From assembly GCA_026413945.1 (NCBI GenBank), contig JAOAJX010000005.1:1-64000 (forward strand): 64,000 nt of DNA. The letters run 5' to 3'. Origin of the DNA: Candidatus Iainarchaeum sp. (GTDB taxonomy: Archaea > Iainarchaeota > Iainarchaeia > Iainarchaeales > DTGL01). The translations under genes were made by a program, and so were the position numbers. Of the stretch, positions 56,534 to 64,000 are shown piece after piece (position 1 is the stretch's first letter; every line of letters begins with the position of its first letter). The notes below the pieces were generated by a model. That model was not told the DNA's origin, ran no database searches, and saw only the letters and a list, made by a program, of their open reading frames with translations.

Positions 56534-57357
56534 TCTGAAACCTTCTTTATAGCATCCTCACTCCACATAGTTAACCTTCCTGGCTGGCCACCCGGTGCAA
56601 GAACTTCAGCATTAAGTTTCCTTACTGGCACAATATCTACACCAACTAGGTTCCTAGCTGCTTTATATACTGGGCACTCCTTCGAAGTCACAAGAAGTAA
56701 ACTTTTTTTCTTTTTTAATCTACGCCCCTTCATTTTTCCTTTGCCTGATCTTTTTTTTGTTTTTTCTTTAGCATATTCTATATCTTCCAAAAGGCCAATT
56801 TTTGAGAATAAATCAACAATCTCCTTGGTTTTTCTTAAACCTTCGATTGAGTTTTCCACTACTACAGGAAGAGCCAACCCTTTTTTAATCTTGTGTCTTT
56901 TGGAAACATGCTCTAACTCTTTCGTGTAAGCTATTGCGCTAATAAGTGCCTTTTTTTTCTCTTTCTTGTTTATCTTCTCAAATATTATTTTCTCGACCTT
57001 GGGTGGATGAGCAGCCCTACCACCGACTGCTTGTGGCACATTACCAACGCGGCTTGCAAGCAAAGAGCCCCTATTTTTCAGTCTGGGGAGGCGTGCATGT
57101 TCAACATTTATGCCTCTATTTTGTGCAGGAAGCGCTCTCCTACCTCTATATTCTGCTACTTTCATACCGGCTTCTGGCTTTACACCTTTTTTCTGTCTTC
57201 TAGCTGATTGTATTGAAAGCACAGCCCTCCTTATGATCTCCGGTTCCAAATCATGCATAAATGCAGCTGGCAGAGTAATTTCCTTTACAACTTTGCCATC
57301 AAGATCATATACCGGCACTGTCAATTTATCAGAATTCTGTTTATTGCTTTGCTGCAA
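56521..57357 (-). CDS. rpl4: 50S ribosomal protein uL4
   Basis: VP..VGGR.AHPPK, KINKKE, ARN..GVD and LAPG..PGRL motifs. Confidence 0.95.
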   Translation of the reverse strand: MQQSNKQNSDKLTVPVYDLDGKVVKEITLPAAFMHDLEPEIIRRAVLSIQSARRQKKGVKPEAGMKVAEYRGRRALPAQNRGINVEHARLPRLKNRGSLLASRVGNVPQAVGGRAAHPPKVEKIIFEKINKKEKKKALISAIAYTKELEHVSKRHKIKKGLALPVVVENSIEGLRKTKEIVDLFSKIGLLEDIEYAKEKTKKRSGKGKMKGRRLKKKKSLLLVTSKECPVYKAARNLVGVDIVPVRKLNAEVLAPGGQPGRLTMWSEDAIKKVSEWLK

Positions 57358-58363
57358 TATAATTCACCCCATAAACAAAGCGGTTTTCTGCTAATTGCCT
57401 TAATGCTTGGCGCATTGCAACGCATCTCTTCGATGGGCCAGGCACCGAGCCCTCAATAACAACATATTCATTTTTTATCTCTCCATAATTCTTCCAGCCT
57501 CTTTTTGGCATTAGTTTATCATCACTTATCTTAAGTATCCTTTTATTGTATTCTGTCCTAGTTTGATAGCCCAATTGTCCTGCTCTAGCAACTGTCCATT
57601 GAACAGTTCCAGGCGTTATCGGACCAAGAGAACCAACAGTTTTTCTTTTCTTTGATTTCGGTCTATGGGTTTTTACACCAAACCTCTTGACCACTCCTGA
57701 GAAACCTTTTCCTTTTGTTACTGCTTTTATGTCCACAAACTCATTTTCTGAAAATATTTCTCTGACGCTAATCTCTTTTCCAAGCTTTGAAATAGCATAA
57801 TTTAGCTGCTCATCTACAGGCCCACTTAATGAGATTTCCACAACTTCAGGCTTTTTCTTGCCGATTGAGGTGAGCCTTGGCTGCAAACATGCAAGCAATC
57901 TTATTTCACAAGCAACACCTTCTTTTAACAATTTTTCAATAATTTTTATGCCATTTCTTTCACCATCACTTATTGCTTCTTTTTCTCCTACGACTTTGTT
58001 TTTCTTTCTTAGTGTTATCACTCTTCTTGAAAGCTCCTTTGGCAAATTCTCATAGAAGATATCAGCCGCTGCTTTCAAGCCATCAAAGTTCTTTTGATAA
58101 GCCCTAACCCCAAAAACAAAAATAGGTGGTGTTTCAAGCACAGTGGCCGCTTTGGCAACATTCATATTGTAAGTTGGGCTACCTTTGTGGGGATCAGTAA
58201 AAATTACGTGGGTCATACCTACTTTGTAGCCATAGAAATTTAGTGGCTTAACTTCTTTTGTGCTCTTCTCTAAAAAGCTTTTAAATACTGGCGTCTCTCT
58301 TTTTGCGCGTTTGCGCGGATAGAAAGCCAAGCTACCGCTTCTGGGTTTATGCTTTTTTGTCAT
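57341..58363 (-). CDS. rpl3: 50S ribosomal protein uL3
   Basis: PR.GSL.FYPRKRA, GYK.GMTH, TKGKG..G.VKR.G and GSVPGP.KR motifs. Confidence 0.96.
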   Translation of the reverse strand: MTKKHKPRSGSLAFYPRKRAKRETPVFKSFLEKSTKEVKPLNFYGYKVGMTHVIFTDPHKGSPTYNMNVAKAATVLETPPIFVFGVRAYQKNFDGLKAAADIFYENLPKELSRRVITLRKKNKVVGEKEAISDGERNGIKIIEKLLKEGVACEIRLLACLQPRLTSIGKKKPEVVEISLSGPVDEQLNYAISKLGKEISVREIFSENEFVDIKAVTKGKGFSGVVKRFGVKTHRPKSKKRKTVGSLGPITPGTVQWTVARAGQLGYQTRTEYNKRILKISDDKLMPKRGWKNYGEIKNEYVVIEGSVPGPSKRCVAMRQALRQLAENRFVYGVNYIAAKQ

Positions 58364-58460
58364 CTATTGCACCATAATTAGGCATTAGCCTAAAAGAAGC
58401 AAGCTACAGCATTTATGCCCCAATGGTGCTTTTCTTGAGGCACAGTGTGCTTGCACGAAC
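58364..58460 (-). promoter_or_regulatory. Structured 5' leader of the rpl3 (S10-like) operon
   Basis: Several complementary segments, one covering the GGUG SD; TATA-like TTTTTAAA near 58486-58493. Confidence 0.5.
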
Positions 58461-58528
58461 AATAATAAAGAATTGCGAGAATTAATTTAAAAACCTTGTG
58501 CTTTAAAACCAAACGCATAGTAAAATTA

Positions 58529-59458
58529 CTATTCCCATTCAAACCTTTTCTTATGCCTCGGCTTTATCTTTCTGCCACTGATCAGCAGCAATAAAATTAT
58601 AACTAAAATTGCAATGAGAAGAAAAATAGAAATATCCTTCAAAGAAAAAAGGCCTATTATTTTAGCAAAAGTTCCTTCTTTTTTGGGTTCCACATAAACC
58701 TTTTCCCTGAATGAAAATTCTGCAATAGCAAAAACAATATCAAAACTATACTTCTCTTTTTTTCCATCCGAGTTGATCCAAATTCTAAAGCTTTTCTCTT
58801 CAAAAGGTGCTAATTCAACATGATGTGTGCTGCTTCTGTAACCCTCAGGAACATCCGCGAAAAGAGTTCCAATGACATTCTGCCCAGAAGCGTTTCTAAG
58901 TGTAGCATCAACGTAAACTTGGTTGTTTCGTTCCCCCAATTTATAATAAAGTTCGAGGTTTGGTAAAACAGGCATAGTTATAAAATCTGCTTTCAGAGGT
59001 TCCAAGCCCGCTTGTGTTGGTTCCTTCCGAGGCTCCATTCTTATTTGACTCAAATTTAATATTCTAATTTCTTTGGTTTGATTTCCACAAAGGCCCAAAT
59101 TTGCATTTAATAAAATTTTAGCATTATTTGAAGTAACTCTCACAAAAAGTTTCTTGTCAACCACTGTTTTGGCGGGAACAAAATAGAATGTAGTGTCAAT
59201 ATCAGCGCCTTCAGTCGTTAAAGTTATCCTCGCATCTTGGTGGCTGAAATTATTTATCTTAAGATTCAAAAAGCCGCAGCCGTTTATTTCCACCTTTTCC
59301 TTCGAATTAATATAAAAGCAACAACTATCAATAGCTGTCTGATAATTGCAGTTTGATGAAACTGCAGGCAAAACCATTCCAATAATAAAAACTAAAATCA
59401 TTAGTTTAATGCCTTTTACTTTAGCTACGCCTGAAGTCATATATAAGAAATTGTGCAA
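58529..59458 (-). CDS. Hypothetical exported protein with a C-terminal TM anchor
   Basis: Signal-like MILVFIIGMVLPAVSS (start may be 59401), beta-rich Ig-like segments and a GLFSL-TM-basic tail. Confidence 0.65.
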   Translation of the reverse strand: MHNFLYMTSGVAKVKGIKLMILVFIIGMVLPAVSSNCNYQTAIDSCCFYINSKEKVEINGCGFLNLKINNFSHQDARITLTTEGADIDTTFYFVPAKTVVDKKLFVRVTSNNAKILLNANLGLCGNQTKEIRILNLSQIRMEPRKEPTQAGLEPLKADFITMPVLPNLELYYKLGERNNQVYVDATLRNASGQNVIGTLFADVPEGYRSSTHHVELAPFEEKSFRIWINSDGKKEKYSFDIVFAIAEFSFREKVYVEPKKEGTFAKIIGLFSLKDISIFLLIAILVIILLLLISGRKIKPRHKKRFEWE

Positions 59459-59500
59459 ACCTTATTTAATTTTTCCTGTTTATCGTTAAAAAGTTATTTG

Positions 59501-60952
59501 TCAGCCCTTCACTGATATAAGTGGCCTTAGCTGAGCTACTTTTTTGCTTATTCCTGCATTATGCATAATATTAACTACCACGTCTATATCTTTGTAAGCT
59601 TGTGGTGCTTCTTCAGCTGCACCTTCCATGGAATGCGCTTTAAGTATAATGCCATTTTGCCTTAAATCAGCTATTATTTTTGTGCCTTTAAAACTCTTTA
59701 TTGCTGCAGTCCTACTCATCTTTCTACCTGCACCATGAACAGAGGAGCCAAAACATTCAAGCATGCCTTTCTCAGTGCCGGCTAAAATATAGCTTGCTGT
59801 ACCCATTGTGCCACCCACTAATATTGGCTGGCCAGCTCTTCTGTAATTTGGTGGTAGTTCTTCATGGCCAGGCCCAAAACCCCTTGTTGAGCCTTTTCTT
59901 TGCACAAGCAACTCCATTTCTGATCCGTCAACCTCATGCTTTTCAATCTTTGCAGTATTGTGTCCAACATCATAAAGAACAGTTATTTCTTTTTCACTCA
60001 CTCCAAGTTTTTTTGCGAGTATACATCTTGTCAAGTGCCCAAGAACTTGTCTATTTGCAAAAGCACAGTTAATGCCAGCATTTACAGCACCCAAATAACT
60101 CTTACCCTCTTCACTCTCTATTGGTGCATTTACAAGCTCTTTATCCAATATTTTTATTTTGTATTTTTCAGTGGCCCTTCTTAAAATGTTTATATAGTCC
60201 ATTCCTATCTGATGTCCTAGAGCTCTACTTCCGCTATGTATGCTTACAAGAACTTGATTTTGGAACAGTCCAAAGTCTTTAGCGAGTTCAATATCAAATA
60301 TTTTGCTAACGTACTGCACTTCTATGTAGTGGTTTCCTGAGCCAAGTGTTCCTATCTCCATATGTTGCCTTTGCTTTGCTCTAATTGATACTGCATCTGG
60401 CAATGCATTCTTTGCACAACCTTTCATTTCAATATAGTCCAAATCATCCATAAATCCATAACCTTTTTCTACAACATATTTTGCACCTTTTGCCAGTATC
60501 TCGTCTAGTTCATTGATAGAAAACTTTATAGTTCCTTTCGACCCAAGACCTGCTGGTATTCCTTCAAATATGGCTTCAGCTAGAACACCCTTTTTTTTCT
60601 CAATGTCTTCTAAGGAAAGTGAAGTCTTTAACGTTCTGACCCCACAATTTATATCAAAGCCAATTAGGCCAAAAGCTATTACACCATCATTTAGGTCCAT
60701 GGCTGCTACACTGCCTATGGGGGCGCCGTAACCTGGATGGCAGTCGGCAAGTGCAATAGCATTTTTCATAATACCAGGCAAACACGCAACATTCTTTAGC
60801 TGCCTTATTGTACTTTCTTGACTTTTTTCCTCTTCAATCAGATCTTTAACCATATCTTCTGACGCGTAAATCTTTGCATTTACACGCATATTGCCCTCTT
60901 TCTGGATTTCCCAGACATTTTCACCTATTTTTTTAATTGCCAAAGAAGCCAC
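59501..60952 (-). CDS. rtcB: RNA-splicing ligase RtcB
   Basis: D.H.GYG.PIG, G.DINCG, GTLGSGNH, HSGSR, HGAGR and EEAP.AYK motifs. Confidence 0.95.
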   Translation of the reverse strand: MASLAIKKIGENVWEIQKEGNMRVNAKIYASEDMVKDLIEEEKSQESTIRQLKNVACLPGIMKNAIALADCHPGYGAPIGSVAAMDLNDGVIAFGLIGFDINCGVRTLKTSLSLEDIEKKKGVLAEAIFEGIPAGLGSKGTIKFSINELDEILAKGAKYVVEKGYGFMDDLDYIEMKGCAKNALPDAVSIRAKQRQHMEIGTLGSGNHYIEVQYVSKIFDIELAKDFGLFQNQVLVSIHSGSRALGHQIGMDYINILRRATEKYKIKILDKELVNAPIESEEGKSYLGAVNAGINCAFANRQVLGHLTRCILAKKLGVSEKEITVLYDVGHNTAKIEKHEVDGSEMELLVQRKGSTRGFGPGHEELPPNYRRAGQPILVGGTMGTASYILAGTEKGMLECFGSSVHGAGRKMSRTAAIKSFKGTKIIADLRQNGIILKAHSMEGAAEEAPQAYKDIDVVVNIMHNAGISKKVAQLRPLISVKG

Positions 60953-60967
60953 CGCTTTATAGTTCTA

Positions 60968-62794
60968 TTAAGAGCTTAATTTTTTGCTTCTTCTAACTAA
61001 TGTTAAAACAATTAAAGAAACTATTAATACAAGGGCAAAATTTATTTCTGGGGCAGTACTGCTTTTTAAAATCTTGGCTTCCAAAACACTGAATGAGGCA
61101 CTCTTTGTGCATTCTGCGCCACCGCAATTCTTTAAGCTTGCAATTACCTCATATTCACCAATTTCTGTTAATGGTCCGTAGCTAGTATGTGTGCCACAAG
61201 TAATATTTTGTATAGTTGTGGCTTGATGCCCTTTCCTAACTATAATATCGACTGTTCGCGTTCCTGAGCAATCGACAAATATTGTGGTGTTTTCCCCTTG
61301 TGTGACATTTTCTACTCCGAGGGCTGTTATTCCCTTAAATGAATAGACATATATTGTTCTGCTAGATTCACTAGAAGCTCCGTACTCATCAGTTGCCCTT
61401 AGTTTTACTGTATAAGTACCAACGTCATTGTAAGTGTGTGCGGCATTTTTTCCATCTTTTTTTATTCCATTGCCGAAATCCCATTCATATGTGGCAAAAT
61501 GGCCATCTTTTTCAGGTTCTTCAACATATAATGAAATCCTTAAAGGCGCTTTACCTTCAACCGGCTCAACAATGAATTTAGCACTAGGGGGGGTATTTTT
61601 TACAGTAACGCTTTTCACCTGCATTGATGACATTGGGGTTGAGCCAAGCCCAGAATCTTTCACAGTTAGCTTTACATTGAAAGTTACTTCTTCTGGTATT
61701 GGCTTTTTTGTATAAGTGTGCTTCACCTTTTTTCCATTAGCTATACTGCCGTCGCCAAAATCCCATTCATATTTTGCAACATAGTCACCCAAGCCAATGT
61801 CAGGGTCGCTTGAACAGCTAGCATCAAAAATAAATTCAGTTACTCCAACAATACCTTCTTCAGGCATAATATCGAAACAGGCGTTTGGTGGCCAATTTTT
61901 CGAAACAACATTTAGCAATATTTCTGTGGAATCTGTTAATCCAGCAGCGTCAGACACTACCAGCTTAACTATATAAGAACCCTCTTTCATAAATGACTTT
62001 GTTACAGTAGTCCCTGCTGCTGAGCCAAAATCGCCGAAGTCCCATTTGCAGATAATATCTGTAGCTTCCGGATCATGGCTTTCGCTACAGTCAAAAATAA
62101 CACTTTGCCCAACAGAAATCTCGACATTTCTACCGCTTATGAAAGGAATTGTTTTTATAACTGCTTTTGGATTGCAATTGCCAATTCCTTGTATTTCTGA
62201 ACAACCATATGGACAATCATATATATCACACCTAGTGTTTATTATCCTCGAGTTACACTTGCCAACATTGCAGTAACCTTCGACTTTTGTTCCATATTTG
62301 ATTTTTTGAGTTTTAGTTTTTCCTTGTGCAACACATTTCCATTCTCCACATTCAGTTGTTTTGCTCAATCTGTTGCAATCTTCTTTTTCATTGAGCCACC
62401 CATTGCAGCTGTCGTAGACCCAGACATCTGATTTTTCAGTGCAGTTATTTTCATCACAGATAATTCTGTTATAGCACTTTGGCTCTTGTTTACATGCGCT
62501 AAAGACAAATGGGCTAACATTCAAAATCTTTGCATTACAATTACAAATTATTGGTTTATAACACGGAATACAATTGCTATTTGGTGTGCAGAGAGCATCG
62601 CACGAACCATCACTCAAACTTACACAGTAATTTGCAACTTCACATTCACAAAAATCTTTGCAGAATGCATTGCAAGCAGCTTCTGCCTTAGATTTTGCCA
62701 CAACCATGTCACCGAAACAAACTTGCATCTGAGCTGCTAAAGAGCCAATCGAAAATAGAATGAAAAATAAGAAGATTTTCTTTAAAGATTTCAT
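60968..62794 (-). CDS. Cys-rich PKD-domain surface protein with a PEIN-TM-basic C-terminal tail
   Basis: Signal peptide, ~190-aa Cys-rich N-region, three PKD repeats (WDFGD/N) and the tail APEIN-FALVLIVSLIVLTLV-RRSKK. Confidence 0.85.
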   Translation of the reverse strand: MKSLKKIFLFFILFSIGSLAAQMQVCFGDMVVAKSKAEAACNAFCKDFCECEVANYCVSLSDGSCDALCTPNSNCIPCYKPIICNCNAKILNVSPFVFSACKQEPKCYNRIICDENNCTEKSDVWVYDSCNGWLNEKEDCNRLSKTTECGEWKCVAQGKTKTQKIKYGTKVEGYCNVGKCNSRIINTRCDIYDCPYGCSEIQGIGNCNPKAVIKTIPFISGRNVEISVGQSVIFDCSESHDPEATDIICKWDFGDFGSAAGTTVTKSFMKEGSYIVKLVVSDAAGLTDSTEILLNVVSKNWPPNACFDIMPEEGIVGVTEFIFDASCSSDPDIGLGDYVAKYEWDFGDGSIANGKKVKHTYTKKPIPEEVTFNVKLTVKDSGLGSTPMSSMQVKSVTVKNTPPSAKFIVEPVEGKAPLRISLYVEEPEKDGHFATYEWDFGNGIKKDGKNAAHTYNDVGTYTVKLRATDEYGASSESSRTIYVYSFKGITALGVENVTQGENTTIFVDCSGTRTVDIIVRKGHQATTIQNITCGTHTSYGPLTEIGEYEVIASLKNCGGAECTKSASFSVLEAKILKSSTAPEINFALVLIVSLIVLTLVRRSKKLSS

Positions 62795-62827
62795 AGTGGC
62801 CCCTTTAGTGCTCTTTCACCTTGAGAT

Positions 62828-63364
62828 TTGCCAATAAAAACAATATATGTTGTTATTTTAATAATTATGCTAATAATATTTTTTGGTTTTATGCAGCTGC
62901 CTGTAAAATTGATTAAGCTTTCTTTGCTGGGGGCTTTTGCATTTCTATTAACTTTTTTTGCCATATTAACTTTTTTTGGCACATCACAAGGGCAAGAGCG
63001 GCAGACAAAGCAAATTGTTTCATCTGAGAAGGTTAAAATATTTGATGTTTCTGTTGTAATAGAAAATGGTGGTTTTTCACAAAATAAAATAGAGTTAGCA
63101 GAGAATAGCCTTTCAAGAATTGTTATTTTTAACAAAGATTTGAATAAAACACACCAACTTGTGCTTATATTACCTTACGCTGACGGCAGAAACTCACTTG
63201 TTGAAAGGCGTTCGGTAAAAGCAGGTAGCAAAGAAAAGTTTCTTATTTTAAATAAGCCAGGTAAAAGTGAAGAGCCACGAGATAATAATCCGCTCGATAT
63301 TTTTATAATTTCCTGCCTTAGCTGCGCTAGTAATACAACACTAACATTAACTTCAGCAAAATAA
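62828..63364 (+). CDS. Membrane protein with a cupredoxin-like domain
   Basis: Two N-terminal hydrophobic segments, then V.IENGGF....I.......I...N.D...H typical of cupredoxin folds; C-terminal CLSC. Confidence 0.5.
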   Translation: MPIKTIYVVILIIMLIIFFGFMQLPVKLIKLSLLGAFAFLLTFFAILTFFGTSQGQERQTKQIVSSEKVKIFDVSVVIENGGFSQNKIELAENSLSRIVIFNKDLNKTHQLVLILPYADGRNSLVERRSVKAGSKEKFLILNKPGKSEEPRDNNPLDIFIISCLSCASNTTLTLTSAK

Positions 63365-63401
63365 CAAATGGACTCTTTTTTAGCCTGTAAGCAGCAAATC
63401 A

Positions 63402-63998
63402 TCATTTGCCAAATTCTTTACTGTTGCCACAAGACCTAGCCAAAATCAGTACAATCATAGCTATTGCAACAATTGCAATAATATTTGTCTCCGAAGCTTC
63501 AACTTGGGCTTCTTCATAAACATTAAACGAAGTTGTTTTGCTGCATTCCATCCCTGAGCAATCAGCAGAATCCGCAATAACTGTTGCTTTATATACTCCA
63601 GCCTCAGTCAAGTAGTTGCCTGGTATTGTTGATACCGAACCATTTGTGCTGCATGGCACGCCACCAGGATAGTTTCTTGTTGCACCATTTGGTGCTTCAA
63701 TTATAAGTTGGTGATTTTGGCCTTCCAACCCTTCTGTACAGCGCACAGTTATGACTGTATCTGTTCTAACTTTTGTATTCCTCACCCTTACGTCCGTTAT
63801 CGCCTTCATCGTGTAGACTAGTATGTCAAGATTATAGATGGTTTCCCCACCAAACCCATCAGTGACTATTAACCTTGGATAATAATTCCTTGGGTCATTA
63901 TATATGTGTATATTCTCACAACCACTAGCTGAGGTGCCATCATCAAAGTTCCAATCACAATTCACATTATGTCCGTCGTCATCTTTTGCAATTGCTTT
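63402..63998 (-). CDS. PKD-domain surface protein, 5'-partial, with a SETN-TM tail
   Basis: Frame open to the window end (KAIAKDDDGHNVNCDWNFDDG); C-terminal domain paralogous to 60968..62794. Confidence 0.8.
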   Translation of the reverse strand, partial: KAIAKDDDGHNVNCDWNFDDGTSASGCENIHIYNDPRNYYPRLIVTDGFGGETIYNLDILVYTMKAITDVRVRNTKVRTDTVITVRCTEGLEGQNHQLIIEAPNGATRNYPGGVPCSTNGSVSTIPGNYLTEAGVYKATVIADSADCSGMECSKTTSFNVYEEAQVEASETNIIAIVAIAMIVLILARSCGNSKEFGK

Positions 63999-64000
63999 GA

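Overview
AT-rich archaeal chromosomal segment, most consistent with a DPANN lineage (my impression is Iainarchaeota/Diapherotrites; this is an inference from gene content and giant PKD surface proteins). About 45 kb is core information-processing synteny: Hel308, Cdc6/Orc1, SepF, PolD DP1/DP2, SecFD, KEOPS Bud32 and Kae1, the rpo7-spt4-eS24-eS31 and eL8-eS28-eL24-ndk-aIF5B-eS6-aIF2g blocks, GluRS, and the S10-spc-alpha ribosomal superoperon, which contains an intron-bearing tRNA-Leu(TAA); RtcB follows. Both ends carry large Cys-rich/PKD surface proteins. Three small ribosomal genes missed by the ORF track were read by hand (eS31, eL24, uS14). The best lead is a DUF92-carS-archaeosortase gene cluster together with two paralogous PKD proteins ending in a shared (P/S)E(I/T)N-TM-basic tail, which may be a lipid-anchoring surface-protein sorting system. 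Three structured ribosomal-protein leaders are also visible: a k-turn over the rpl7ae SD, an rpl3 leader and an rps15 leader. No rRNA, CRISPR array or mobile element was seen. All family assignments come from motif recognition, not database searches.
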